Positions 48,670 to 58,586 of a stretch of 64,000 nt of DNA are shown here, one piece after another. A model generated the notes under the pieces. The model ran no database searches. It was not told the DNA's origin and saw nothing but the letters and a program-made list of their open reading frames with translations. How positions within the stretch are numbered: the stretch's first letter is position 1; each line of letters opens with the position of its first letter. Source of the stretch: Candidatus Eiseniibacteriota bacterium (GTDB lineage: Bacteria > Eisenbacteria > RBG-16-71-46); assembly GCA_963707915.1 (NCBI GenBank), contig OY970178.1, positions 320,001 to 384,000 of the forward strand, written 5' to 3'. The translations under genes were made by a program, and so were the position numbers.

Positions 48670-49616
48670 ACGAGCCCATCGTGCGCGTCTCCTGCGTGCG
48701 CCACACCTATCCCGACCGCAGCGAGGTCCACCTGTGCGGCCTCGATTTCGTCGTGGCGGCGGGCGAGCGGGTGGTGGTGGTGGGGCCGAACGGCTGCGGC
48801 AAGACCACGCTGCTCTTCCACATCCTCGGACTGCTCGAGCCGCGCGAGGGCGAGGTCGCGGTGTTCGGCGTGGACCCGTCGCGCCAGTTCAACCGCATCC
48901 GCGAGCGGATCGGCGTGCTGATGCAGAACGTGGACGAACAGATCATCGCGCCCACGGTGTGGGACGACGTCTCCTTCTCGCCGCGCTCCTACGGCTACAC
49001 CGGGCCCGACGTCGAGCGCATGGTGGGCGCGGCGCTGGAGCAGGTCGGCATCGCCCACCTGCGCCACAAGGTGTGCCACCACCTCTCGGGCGGGGAGAAG
49101 CGCAAGGTCGCGCTGGCGGGCGCGCTGGTGCTGGAGCCCGAGTTGCTGGTGCTGGACGAGCCCTTCGAGGGGCTCGATCCCGCCTCCCGCACCGACCTGG
49201 TCGAGCTGCTGAACCGCCTGCACCGCGAGCACGGCGTCTCGCTGGTGATGGCCACGCACGACGTCAACGCCGTGGCGGTCATGGCCGACCGGGTCTACGT
49301 GCTGGTCGGGGGGGGCGAGATCGTGGCGCAGGGGCCGCCGAGCGAGATCTTCCGCGACCCGGGACTGCTGCGCCGCAGCAACGTCGAGCCGCCGGTGCTG
49401 GCCGAGTTGTTCCAGCGGCTCGAGGAGCGCGGCGTGGCGCTGGGGCGCCCGGTGACGGTCGAGGAGGCGGTGCGCGCGATCCTCGCCTGGACCGCGAAGC
49501 ACCCCGCGCACGGGGACGCCGGCGACCTCGGGCCGCTCTTCGCCCCGGGTGAGGCGGCCGGTGGCCGCGCGCCGGGCCAAGGCGGTCCGGGCCCCGGGGC
49601 AGCGGAGGCAGGATGA
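48666..49616 (+). CDS. cbiO: ECF transporter ATPase, CbiO family
   Basis: GPNGCGKT, LSGGE, LDEP, ATHD. Confidence 0.9.
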   Translation: MNEPIVRVSCVRHTYPDRSEVHLCGLDFVVAAGERVVVVGPNGCGKTTLLFHILGLLEPREGEVAVFGVDPSRQFNRIRERIGVLMQNVDEQIIAPTVWDDVSFSPRSYGYTGPDVERMVGAALEQVGIAHLRHKVCHHLSGGEKRKVALAGALVLEPELLVLDEPFEGLDPASRTDLVELLNRLHREHGVSLVMATHDVNAVAVMADRVYVLVGGGEIVAQGPPSEIFRDPGLLRRSNVEPPVLAELFQRLEERGVALGRPVTVEEAVRAILAWTAKHPAHGDAGDLGPLFAPGEAAGGRAPGQGGPGPGAAEAG

Positions 49617-50986
49617 CCGGCGACCTCTTCGGCCCCGCGGTGCCGCCGGGGCCGCCCGCGCCCGGCGAGCCGCCGGCCGACCGCACGCCGCTGGCCGATC
49701 GCATGCGGCCGCGCTCGTTCGACGAGCTGGTCGGCCAGCCGCAGCTCTTCACGCCGGGCTCGCCGCTCGCGCTGATGCGGGATGGCCGCCACCTCGCCCC
49801 GGTGATCCTCTGGGGCCCGCCGGGCACCGGCAAGACCACCCTCGCTCGCCTGGTCGCGACCACCGCGGAGGTGCCGTTCGTGGCCTTCAGCGCCGTGCTC
49901 TCGGGGGTGAAGGAGGTCCGCGAGACCATGGAGCGGGCGACGCTCGAGCGGAAGCGCTCGGGCCGGCCCACGCTGCTGTTCGTGGACGAGATCCACCGCT
50001 TCAACAAGGCGCAGCAGGACGCCTTCCTCTCGTACGTCGAGAAGGGCGACATCGTGCTGATCGGCGCCACCACCGAGAACCCGTCCTTCGAGGTGAACGC
50101 CGCGCTGCTGTCGCGGATGCGCGTGGTCGTGCTCCAGCCGCTCGGGCCCGCCGACCTGGTGGTCCTGCTGCAGCGCGCGCTGGACGATCGCGAACGAGGG
50201 CTGCAGCGCGAGTGCGCGGCCGACCCGGACGCGCTGGAGCTGATCGCGGCGAGCGCGGACGGCGACGCCCGCCGCGCGCTCAACACGCTGGAGATGGCCG
50301 CGGCCTCGGTCGGCGCGGCCCCGCCGGGCGAGCCGCCGCGGATCACCGTGGAGGTCGTGAAGCAGGCGCTGGCGCGGCGCCACCTGCGCTACGACCGCGC
50401 GGGCGAGGAGCACTTCAACCTGATCTCCGCGCTCCACAAGTCGCTGCGCGACTCGGACCCGCACGCCGGGCTCTACTGGCTGGCGCGCATGCTGGCGGCG
50501 GGTGAGGACCCGCTCTACGTCGCGCGCCGGCTGGTGCGCTTCGCCAGCGAGGACGTCGGCAACGCCGACCCGCAGGCGCTTCCGCTCGCGGTCGCCGCGT
50601 TCCAGGCCTACCACCAGCTGGGGACCCCCGAGGGCGAGCTGGCGCTGGCGCAGTGCGCCGCGTACCTCGCGACCGCCCCCAAGAGCAACGCGGTCTACGT
50701 CGGCCTCGGCAAGGCCATGGCCGAGGTGGAGGAGAGCGGCAGCCTGCCGCCGCCGCTGGTCATCCGCAACGCGCCCACGGGGCTCATGAAGGAACTCGGC
50801 TACGGCCGGGGCTACCGCTACGCCCACGACGAGCCGGGCGGCATCGCGGACCAGCAGCACCTGCCGGACGAGTTGGTGGGGAAGCGCTTCTACGAGCCGA
50901 CCGGAGCGGGGCAGGAGGCCGTGATCGCGGCGCGGATGAAGGAGTGGGAGCGCCGGTTGGCGGGCCGGAAGCGTCCGGGGGCCTGA
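49613..50986 (+). CDS. rarA: Replication-associated recombination protein A (RarA/MgsA)
   Basis: PLADRMRP, GPPGTGKT, DEIHRFNKAQQD, ATTENPSF, SEDVGNADP. Confidence 0.96.
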   Translation: MTGDLFGPAVPPGPPAPGEPPADRTPLADRMRPRSFDELVGQPQLFTPGSPLALMRDGRHLAPVILWGPPGTGKTTLARLVATTAEVPFVAFSAVLSGVKEVRETMERATLERKRSGRPTLLFVDEIHRFNKAQQDAFLSYVEKGDIVLIGATTENPSFEVNAALLSRMRVVVLQPLGPADLVVLLQRALDDRERGLQRECAADPDALELIAASADGDARRALNTLEMAAASVGAAPPGEPPRITVEVVKQALARRHLRYDRAGEEHFNLISALHKSLRDSDPHAGLYWLARMLAAGEDPLYVARRLVRFASEDVGNADPQALPLAVAAFQAYHQLGTPEGELALAQCAAYLATAPKSNAVYVGLGKAMAEVEESGSLPPPLVIRNAPTGLMKELGYGRGYRYAHDEPGGIADQQHLPDELVGKRFYEPTGAGQEAVIAARMKEWERRLAGRKRPGA

Positions 50987-51100
50987 GCGGGCCCGACCGT
51001 GTGACGGGGCGGCGCGCCCTGCCGCCGATTGCGCCCGAGTCGCGCCGGCCGTGAGCGCATCTATCCCGATTGGTAGGTGCCTTCCGCCGCCGGGTGGCGC

Positions 51101-51154
51101 TTGACTCGCTCCCGGCACGAATCTAATCTAACCCGTTCTTGTCCAGCCGACTAG
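51101..51154 (+). promoter_or_regulatory. Sigma70 promoter plus a downstream palindromic operator for the mrp-iscS operon
   Basis: TTGACT-N17-TAATCT at 51101-51129. CTTGTC-N5-GACTAG at 51138-51154. Confidence 0.6.
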
Positions 51155-51246
51155 GGTCCGGAGCCGCGCCGGTCGCCTGGTCCGCCCGCCCCCGGATGCC
51201 GGCGCCCGGCTCACCAGCCGCGCCGGCCAGGAGACCCGCCCGCCAC

Positions 51247-52305
51247 ATGCCGAACGTCCGTTCCGAAGACGTCCTGACCGCCCTGCGCACCGTGCAGGAC
51301 CCGGACCTGCGCCGCGACCTCGTGACCCTCGGGATGATCGAGGACCTCGTGGTCGAGGATGGCGCGGTCGCCCTCACGCTCGTGCTCACCACCGCGGCCT
51401 GCCCGCTGCGCGGAGCGCTCGAGGACGACGTGCGCCGGGCCGTGCTGGCCGTGCCCGGCGTGCGGGACCTCGCGCTGAAGACCACCTCGCGCACGCGCGC
51501 CCCCAAGGACCCGACCGCCGACCGCCGCGCGCTGCCCGGGGTCGCGCACGTCATCGCCATCGGTTCGGGCAAGGGCGGGGTCGGGAAGTCCACGGTCGCG
51601 GCCAACCTCGCCATCGCCCTGGCCCAGTCGGGGGCGAAGGTGGGGCTGCTGGACGGCGACATCTACGGTCCCAACCTGCCGCGCATGCTGGGCGAGAACC
51701 GCCAGCCGGACCTGCGCGACGGCAAGATCGTCCCGCTCGACGCCTTCGGCATCCGCTTCATGTCCATCGGGCTGCTGGTGCCGCAGGGCGACGCCGTGGT
51801 GTGGCGCGGGCCGATGCTGCACGGCGCGCTCAAGAGCTTCCTGCACGAGGTGGACTGGGGCGGCCTCGACTACCTGCTCGTGGACCTGCCGCCCGGCACC
51901 GGCGACGTGCAGCTCTCGCTCGCCCAGCTGACGTTCGTGGACGGGGCGGTGGTCGTGACCACGGCCTCGACCGTGGCCCTCGAGGACGCGGTCAAGGCGG
52001 TGGACGCCTTCGCCCGGTTGCAGGTGCCGGTGCTGGGCATGATCGAGAACATGAGCTCCTTCGTCTGTCCCGACTGCAAGTCGCGGCACGCGATCTTCGA
52101 CACCGGCCGCACCGAGGAGCGCGCGCTGGCGCTGGGCGTGCCGTTCCTGGGCGCCATCCCGCTGCACGGCGCAGTGCGCCGCGGCGGGGACGAGGGCCGC
52201 CCGGTGGTGGCCGACGATCCCGGCGGCGAGTACGCCGGCGCGTTGCGGGAGATCGCGGGGCGGCTGGCACAGCGCGTCTCGATCCAGACCCACGGCGCGG
52301 ATTGA
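51247..52305 (+). CDS. mrp: Mrp/ApbC Fe-S cluster carrier ATPase
   Basis: N-terminal DUF59-like domain (DPDL..LTTAACP), GKGGVGKS, VWRGPM, DLPPGTGD, ENMS..CPDC. Confidence 0.95.
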   Translation: MPNVRSEDVLTALRTVQDPDLRRDLVTLGMIEDLVVEDGAVALTLVLTTAACPLRGALEDDVRRAVLAVPGVRDLALKTTSRTRAPKDPTADRRALPGVAHVIAIGSGKGGVGKSTVAANLAIALAQSGAKVGLLDGDIYGPNLPRMLGENRQPDLRDGKIVPLDAFGIRFMSIGLLVPQGDAVVWRGPMLHGALKSFLHEVDWGGLDYLLVDLPPGTGDVQLSLAQLTFVDGAVVVTTASTVALEDAVKAVDAFARLQVPVLGMIENMSSFVCPDCKSRHAIFDTGRTEERALALGVPFLGAIPLHGAVRRGGDEGRPVVADDPGGEYAGALREIAGRLAQRVSIQTHGAD

Positions 52306-52310
52306 CGCCG

Positions 52311-53495
52311 ATGCGCGAGGTCTACGCCGATCACGCCGCCACCACCCGCGTGGCGCCCGAGGCGCTCGCGGCGATGGCGCCCTTCCTGGGCGCGGGCTTC
52401 GGCAACCCCTCGTCGGCGCACCGCCGCGGCGAGGCCGCGCGCGACGCGGTGGAAGCCGCCCGCGCGAGCGTGGCGGGACTGATCGGCGCCCTGCCCGAGG
52501 AGATCGTCTTCACCGCGACGGGATCCGAGGCCAACAACCTGGCCCTCAAGGGTGTCCTCTCCGGTCCCGGCCACGGCCCCGCGCGCGGACGGCGGCGCCT
52601 GGTGGTCTCGGCCATCGAGCACCCCTCGGTGATCGAGACCGCCCGCCACCTCGAGTCCCGGGGTGCTGCGCTCACGGTGTTGCCGGTCGGGGCGGACGGC
52701 ATCGTCGACCCGGAGAGCGTGGCGCGCGCGCTCGGCGACGACGTCGCCCTGGTCTCGGTCATGTGGGTCAACAACGAGGTCGGCACCATCCAGCCGGTGC
52801 GCGAGGTGGCCGCGCTGGCCCACGCGGCCGGGGCGCTCTTCCACTGCGACGCGGTGCAGGCCGCGGGCCGGCTGCCGATCGCGGTGCACGAGCTCGGCGC
52901 CGACCTGCTCACCCTCGCCGGGCACAAGCTGGGCGGACCGCCGGGGGCCGCCGCGCTCTACGTGCGGCGCCGGGTGCGGCTCGTGCCGCTGGTCCACGGT
53001 GGCGGCCAGGAGCGCTCGCGGCGTGCCGGCACCGAGGACCTCGCCGCCGTGGCGGGCCTGGGTGCCGCGGCCGCGCGGGTGCGGGAGCGGCTGGCCGCGG
53101 ACGGGCCCGCGCGGCTCGGGACGCTGGCGGAGCGGCTGCGCGCGGGGTTGCTCGCGGCGTGTCCGCGGGCGACCCTGAACGGGGATGCCGCCCGGCGCGT
53201 GCCGGGCATCGTGAACCTGTGCTTCCACGGGGTGGACGGGGAGGCGCTGCTGCACGAGCTGGACCGCGAGGGCATCTCGGTCTCGACCGGCTCGGCCTGC
53301 AGCGCCGCCAGCCCCGGACCGTCGCCCGTGCTCACGGCCATGGGCCTCCCCGCGGCGGACGCGCACGCCAGCGTGCGCTTCTCGCTGGGCGAGGGGAACG
53401 ACGAGGCCGACATCGACTGGATCCTGGAGGCCACCCCGGCCGCGGTCGCGCGCCTGCGCGCGATGGGCGAGCCGGGCGTGCGCCGCAGCGCCTAG
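52311..53495 (+). CDS. iscS: Cysteine desulfurase (IscS/NifS group I)
   Basis: [37 protein letters not shown]. Confidence 0.93.
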   Translation: MREVYADHAATTRVAPEALAAMAPFLGAGFGNPSSAHRRGEAARDAVEAARASVAGLIGALPEEIVFTATGSEANNLALKGVLSGPGHGPARGRRRLVVSAIEHPSVIETARHLESRGAALTVLPVGADGIVDPESVARALGDDVALVSVMWVNNEVGTIQPVREVAALAHAAGALFHCDAVQAAGRLPIAVHELGADLLTLAGHKLGGPPGAAALYVRRRVRLVPLVHGGGQERSRRAGTEDLAAVAGLGAAAARVRERLAADGPARLGTLAERLRAGLLAACPRATLNGDAARRVPGIVNLCFHGVDGEALLHELDREGISVSTGSACSAASPGPSPVLTAMGLPAADAHASVRFSLGEGNDEADIDWILEATPAAVARLRAMGEPGVRRSA

Positions 53496-53514
53496 CCCGG
53501 AAGGAGGACGGAAC

Positions 53515-54435
53515 ATGGACCAGAACGAACAGTTCCGCATCAAAGTGGGCCTCGCCGAGATGCTCAAGGGCGGCGTGATCATGGACGTCATGACCGTCGA
53601 CCAGGCGCGCATCGCCGAGGAGGCCGGAGCCTGCGCGGTGATGGCGCTCGAGCGCATCCCCGCGATCATCCGGCGCGAGGGCGGCGTGGCGCGCATGTCG
53701 GACCCCCGGCTCATCCGGGAGATCGAGGCCGCGGTCTCGATCCCGGTGATGGCCAAGTGCCGCATCGGCCACCTGGCCGAGGCGCAGATCCTGGAGGCGC
53801 TGGGCGTGGACTTCATCGACGAGAGCGAGGTCCTCACGCCGGCCGACGAGGAGAACCACATCGCCAAGCACGCCTTCAAGGTGCCGTTCGTCTGCGGCTG
53901 CCGGGACCTGGGCGAGGCCCTGCGCCGCATCGGCGAGGGCGCCGCCATGATCCGCACCAAGGGCGAGGCCGGCACCGGCGACATCGTCGAGGCGGTGCGC
54001 CACATGCGGTCGGTCCAGGGCGAGATGCGGCGCATCCAGGGCCTGCGCGACGAGGAGTTGATGGCGGCGGCGAAGCAGCTGGGCGCGCCCTACGAGGTCC
54101 TGCTGCAGGTGCGCGAGCTCGGCAAGCTGCCGGTCCCGAACTTCGCCGCCGGCGGGGTGGCCACGCCCGCGGACGCCTCGCTCATGATGCAGCTGGGCGC
54201 CGAGTCGGTGTTCGTGGGCTCGGGGATCTTCGAGGTGGGGGACGCGGACCCGAAGAAGCAGGACGAGCGGCGCCGCGACCAGTTGCGCATGGCGCGGGCC
54301 ATCGTCCAGGCGGTCGCGAACTACGACAAGCCCGAGATCCTCGCGCAGCTCTCGGAGGGGCTCCCGAAGGCCATGAAGGGCCTGTCCGTCGCGGCGATCC
54401 CGGCGGGCGAGCACCTGGCGAAGCGAGGCTGGTGA
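53515..54435 (+). CDS. pdxS: Pyridoxal 5'-phosphate synthase lyase subunit
   Basis: [34 protein letters not shown]. Confidence 0.97.
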   Translation: MDQNEQFRIKVGLAEMLKGGVIMDVMTVDQARIAEEAGACAVMALERIPAIIRREGGVARMSDPRLIREIEAAVSIPVMAKCRIGHLAEAQILEALGVDFIDESEVLTPADEENHIAKHAFKVPFVCGCRDLGEALRRIGEGAAMIRTKGEAGTGDIVEAVRHMRSVQGEMRRIQGLRDEELMAAAKQLGAPYEVLLQVRELGKLPVPNFAAGGVATPADASLMMQLGAESVFVGSGIFEVGDADPKKQDERRRDQLRMARAIVQAVANYDKPEILAQLSEGLPKAMKGLSVAAIPAGEHLAKRGW

Positions 54436-54439
54436 CGGA

Positions 54440-55069
54440 GTGGCGAGCCCCCGCGTCGGTGTGCTGAGCCTGCAGGGTGACTTCGCGCGCCATGACGCGG
54501 CGCTGGTCGCGCTGGGCGCGGAGCCGGTGCGCATCTCGCGGCCGGAGCACCTGCGCGACCTCGAGGCGCTGATCCTGCCGGGGGGCGAGTCCACGACCAT
54601 GCTGCGGCTGCTGGAGGCCACGGGCCTGCGGGGCCCGCTGGGGGCCTTCGCCGGCAGCCGCCCGGTGCTGGGGACCTGCGCGGGCCTGGTGCTGCTGGCG
54701 AAGGAGGCGGGCGAGTTGCCGGCGCCCACCCTCGGCCTGCTCGACGTGTCGGTCGAGCGCAACGCCTACGGCCGGCAGGTGGACTCCTTCCGCTGCGCGC
54801 TCGAAGTCCCGGCGCTGGGCGGTCCGTTCGACGCCGTCTTCATCCGCGCGCCGCGCATCCGCCGGGTCGGCCCCGCCGTCGAGGTCGTGGCCCGCGCCGC
54901 CGACGGCGAGCCGGTCGCGGTGCGCGCCGGGCGAGTGGTGGGCCTGGCGTTCCACCCCGAGTTGACGCCGGACCGCCGCTTCCACCGCTGGTTCCTGGCC
55001 GAGGTGGCGGGACTCGGTCTTCCGGGGGAACGCGCGGCCGCGGCGCCGGGCGACGGGGGCCGGCCATGA
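54440..55069 (+). CDS. pdxT: Pyridoxal 5'-phosphate synthase glutaminase subunit
   Basis: LQGDF, PGGEST, GTCAG, RNAYGRQ, FHPE. Confidence 0.96.
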   Translation: MASPRVGVLSLQGDFARHDAALVALGAEPVRISRPEHLRDLEALILPGGESTTMLRLLEATGLRGPLGAFAGSRPVLGTCAGLVLLAKEAGELPAPTLGLLDVSVERNAYGRQVDSFRCALEVPALGGPFDAVFIRAPRIRRVGPAVEVVARAADGEPVAVRAGRVVGLAFHPELTPDRRFHRWFLAEVAGLGLPGERAAAAPGDGGRP

Positions 55070-56085
55070 ACCCGGCGAGCCCCGAGCGCGCGGCGTTCCA
55101 CGCGTTCGTCGCGAAGCACGCCCGCTTCGTCCTCACCACCCACGTGAACCCGGATGGCGACGGGCTGGGCAGCGAGGTCGCGGTGGCGCTCTGGCTGCGC
55201 GCGCTCGGCAAGCAGGTGCGCGTGATCAACGACTCGCCGGTGCCGGCGGCCTACACGTTCCTCACCCGGCACGTGCCGGTCGAGCTCTTCGAGCCGGAGG
55301 CGGCCGAGCGCGCCTTCGACGAGGCCGAGGCGCTGATCGTGCTGGACGTCAGCAACCGCCAGCGGGTCGGGCGGCTCGCGCCGCTGCTGGACCGGCACCT
55401 GGTGCCGGTCGCGGTGGTGGACCACCACGTCACGCACGCCCAGGGCTTCGGGCAGGTGAACGTGATCGAGCCCGAGGCATCGGCCACCGGCGAGATCGTC
55501 TACGACCTGATCCGCGAATCGGGGCGCGAGCTCGACGCGGACGTGGCCGAGGCGCTCTACGTCGCGCTGATGACCGACACCGGCTCGTTCCGTTTCTCGA
55601 ACACCGACAGCCACGCGCACCGCATGGCCGCGGACCTGCTGGGCCACGGCCTCGATCCCCAGCGGCTCCACACCCTGGTGCACTCGCACGCCTCGGCCGC
55701 CCGCCTGCGCTTCTTCGGCGAGATCCTGGCGGCGCTCGAGCTGGTCGACGACGACCGCATCGTGGTGCTGGACGCCGCGCCCGAGCAGTTCCTCAAGCAC
55801 GGGCTGGTCGGCGCGGACACCGAGAGCCTGGTCGACATGCCGCGGACCATCGCCGGCGTCGAGGCCGTGGTGCTGTTCTCCGAGGTGGAGCCCGGCAAGG
55901 TGAAGGTGAGCATGCGCTCGACCGGCCGGATCGTCGTCAACCAGATCGCCTCGCGCCTGGGCGGCGGCGGGCACCCGCAGGCGGCCGGCGTGGCGCTGCG
56001 CGGCACGCGCGCCGCGGCCCGCGAACTCATCCTGCCGGAGCTGCACCGCCTGGTCGCGGAGCTGCCGCCGGGGCCGCGGCCGTGA
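55066..56085 (+). CDS. nrnA: DHH/DHHA1 phosphoesterase (NrnA-like)
   Basis: HVNPDGD, VDHH, TDTGSF, GGGGH. Confidence 0.9.
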   Translation: MNPASPERAAFHAFVAKHARFVLTTHVNPDGDGLGSEVAVALWLRALGKQVRVINDSPVPAAYTFLTRHVPVELFEPEAAERAFDEAEALIVLDVSNRQRVGRLAPLLDRHLVPVAVVDHHVTHAQGFGQVNVIEPEASATGEIVYDLIRESGRELDADVAEALYVALMTDTGSFRFSNTDSHAHRMAADLLGHGLDPQRLHTLVHSHASAARLRFFGEILAALELVDDDRIVVLDAAPEQFLKHGLVGADTESLVDMPRTIAGVEAVVLFSEVEPGKVKVSMRSTGRIVVNQIASRLGGGGHPQAAGVALRGTRAAARELILPELHRLVAELPPGPRP

Positions 56086-56747
56086 GCGCGCTCATCGTGC
56101 CGGCGGCGACGCTCGCGGTCGAGGCCACGGGGCTCGAGCACCTCTACGCGGGCCGCCGGGGGCTCGCCGCGCTGAGCTTCGCGCTGCAGGCGCCGGGCGC
56201 GGTCGCCGTCACCGGGCCGAACGGCTCGGGCAAGAGCACGCTGCTGCGCCTGCTGGCCGGGCTGCTGCGCCCGACCGCCGGCCGCTCGGTCGTGACCCTC
56301 GGCGGGCGCGCGGTGCCGCCGGCGGAGCGGCGCCGCGTGCTGGGCTTCGCATCGCCCGAGCTGGCGTTCTACGAGGAGCTCTCGTGTCTCGAGAACCTGG
56401 CCTTCGCCGCCGAGGCCCATGGCCTGCGCGAGCGCGAGGCGCCGGCCCTGGCGGCGCTGGAGCGCGTGGGCCTGGGCGCCCGTGCCCGCGATCGCGTCGC
56501 CGCGCTGTCGTCGGGGATGACGCAGCGCCTGCGCCTCGCCTTCGCGCTGCTCCTGCGGCCGCCGCTGCTGCTGCTGGACGAGCCGGGCAGCCATCTCGAC
56601 GAGGATGGCCGCCGGCTGGTCGAGCGCGTCGTGGACGAGGAGGCCCGCACCGGGCTCGTCGTCATCGCCACCAACGAATCAAGGGAGTGGGGACTTGCCG
56701 CCCAACGGATCGAACTCCGCGGCCGCGGTCTGGGCCGTACTGCGTAA
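56082..56747 (+). CDS. ccmA: Heme exporter ATPase CcmA
   Basis: GPNGSGKS, LSSGM, LLDEP. First gene of the ccm cluster. Confidence 0.88.
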   Translation: MSALIVPAATLAVEATGLEHLYAGRRGLAALSFALQAPGAVAVTGPNGSGKSTLLRLLAGLLRPTAGRSVVTLGGRAVPPAERRRVLGFASPELAFYEELSCLENLAFAAEAHGLREREAPALAALERVGLGARARDRVAALSSGMTQRLRLAFALLLRPPLLLLDEPGSHLDEDGRRLVERVVDEEARTGLVVIATNESREWGLAAQRIELRGRGLGRTA

Positions 56748-57369
56748 GGAGTGCCGCAGCGAGTGGCGCACGCGCTACGGGCTGAACGCGGCGCTGCTCT
56801 TCGCCGTGAGCACGCTGACCAGCGTCTCGTTCGCCGTCGGGCGTCTGCCCGACCGCACCGACCTGCTGGCCGCGCTGCTCTGGGTCGTGCTGTTGTTCGC
56901 GGCGCTGGCCTCGCTGGCGCACGCCTTCGTGCGCGAGGTCGAGGGCCACACGCTCACGCTGCTGCGCCTGGTGGCCTCGCCGACCGCCATCGCACTGGGC
57001 AAGCTGCTCTTCAACCTGCTGTTCCTCGGCCTGCTCGAGGTCGTGACCGTACCGCTGTTCCTGGTCCTGATGGGCGGGCCGCCCGTACACTGGGGGCCGT
57101 TCCTGCTGGTCCTCGGGCTCGGGAGCCTGGCGCTGGCCACCACGACCACGCTGGTGGGGGCGGTGGTGTCGCAGGCCCGCGGGCGCGGGGCGCTGTTCGC
57201 CGCGGTCTCGCTGCCGCTGCTGATGGTCGTGCTGGCCGCGAGCGTGAGCGGGCTGCGGGCGCAGTGGGATGGCAATCCGGTCGGCACCGAAGCGCGGCTC
57301 CTGGCCGCATACGCCGCCGTCGTCCTGGGGGCGAGCGTGCTGCTCTACGATCACCTGTGGGAGGATTGA
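56695..57369 (+). CDS. ccmB: Heme exporter CcmB
   Basis: LRKECRSEWR, FVREVEGHTL, LGK, about 6 TM helices. TTG start is approximate. Confidence 0.88.
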   Translation: MPPNGSNSAAAVWAVLRKECRSEWRTRYGLNAALLFAVSTLTSVSFAVGRLPDRTDLLAALLWVVLLFAALASLAHAFVREVEGHTLTLLRLVASPTAIALGKLLFNLLFLGLLEVVTVPLFLVLMGGPPVHWGPFLLVLGLGSLALATTTTLVGAVVSQARGRGALFAAVSLPLLMVVLAASVSGLRAQWDGNPVGTEARLLAAYAAVVLGASVLLYDHLWED

Positions 57370-57370
57370 C

Positions 57371-58036
57371 GTGATCCCGAGGCTGCTGTTGTTCCTGTGG
57401 ATCGCGGCCGCGATGCTGGGAGGGTTCCTGTGGGCGCCGCTGGTCACCGCGCTGGGCGGCAGCACGCGCGTGCTCTACTTCCACATCCCCAGCGCGTGGA
57501 TCACCGCGCTCGGGCTCGCCTGGTCCATGCTGCACAGCGTCCAGTACCTGCGCACCCGCCGCCTGGAGCACGACGACCAGGCGGCGGCCGCGGCCGAGTT
57601 GGGCGTGCTGTTCGGCATCGTGGCGGCGGTGAGCGGGTCGCTGTGGGCCAAGTCCCAGTGGGGCTCCTACTGGAACTGGGACCCGCGCGAGACCACCATC
57701 TTCTTCCTGCTGCTCATCTACGGAGCGTACCTCGCGCTGCGCAGCGCCATCGAGGGGGACGAAAGGCGGGCGCGCCTGGCCGCAGTTTACTCGGTCGTGG
57801 CATTCGTCACCGTGCCGTTCCTTATCTTCGTGGTGCCGCGCCTGTACGCCACGCTCCATCCCTCGCCCATCCTGCCGCAGCAGGGCGAGGGGCGGGCGAT
57901 GGACCCGCGGATCCGGATCAGCTTCCTGGCCATGCTGGCGGGCTTCACCGCCCTGTATTTCTGGATCCTTTCGCTCAAGGTGCGCCTCGTCCGCTCGGAG
58001 CGGCGCATCCGGTCGGAGTCCGCGGCGCAGTCCTGA
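57371..58036 (+). CDS. ccmC: Heme chaperone loader CcmC
   Basis: YFHIPSAW, WWD domain WGSYWNWDPRE, TLHP. Confidence 0.93.
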   Translation: MIPRLLLFLWIAAAMLGGFLWAPLVTALGGSTRVLYFHIPSAWITALGLAWSMLHSVQYLRTRRLEHDDQAAAAAELGVLFGIVAAVSGSLWAKSQWGSYWNWDPRETTIFFLLLIYGAYLALRSAIEGDERRARLAAVYSVVAFVTVPFLIFVVPRLYATLHPSPILPQQGEGRAMDPRIRISFLAMLAGFTALYFWILSLKVRLVRSERRIRSESAAQS

Positions 58037-58092
58037 GCCGCGGCGTGTAGGTCGGCGGGGGCGCGGGCCCCCGGTCAAGGGGAGAGTGGACC

Positions 58093-58200
58093 GTGAACGG
58101 AAACCTGGTGGTTCTCGGCGTGGCGCTGCTGGTGTGGGGACTGCTGTTCCTCTACCTGCTCCGGCTCGAGCGCCGCATCCGTGACCTGGAGAAGCGATGA
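58093..58200 (+). CDS. ccmD: CcmD (35 aa, missing from the ORF track)
   Basis: MNGNLVVLGVALLVWGLLFLYLLRLERRIRDLEKR: one TM plus a charged tail, between ccmC and ccmE, ATGA overlap. Confidence 0.85.
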   Translation: MNGNLVVLGVALLVWGLLFLYLLRLERRIRDLEKR

Positions 58201-58586
58201 ACGTGAAGATCATCATGGCCGTGGCGCTGGTCGCGGTCGGCGCGGCCGTGGGCGTGACGAGCTTCAGGAAGTCGGTGACGCCCTACCTCAGCTTCTCCGA
58301 GGCCCGGCGCGCCTCCGGGCTGGTGCAGGTGAACGGCCAGATCGCCGACAAGAACTACGTCATCAAGCCGCTCGAGCAGTACATGGAGTTCAACCTGCGC
58401 GACCAGAAGGGCGAGGTGATGCCGGTCGTCTACCATGGCGTCATCCCCGGCAACTTCGACCAGGCCACCATGGTGGTGGCCATCGGGCGCTACCGTGACG
58501 ACCGCTTCATGGCCGAGCAGTTGCTGGTGAAGTGCCCCTCGAAGTACCAGGCCGAGGCGGACAAGCAGAAGGCCGCGGGCTCTTGA
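58197..58586 (+). CDS. ccmE: Heme chaperone CcmE, CxxxY variant
   Basis: N-terminal TM, YHGVIPGNF, LLVKCPSKY. Confidence 0.93.
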   Translation: MNVKIIMAVALVAVGAAVGVTSFRKSVTPYLSFSEARRASGLVQVNGQIADKNYVIKPLEQYMEFNLRDQKGEVMPVVYHGVIPGNFDQATMVVAIGRYRDDRFMAEQLLVKCPSKYQAEADKQKAAGS

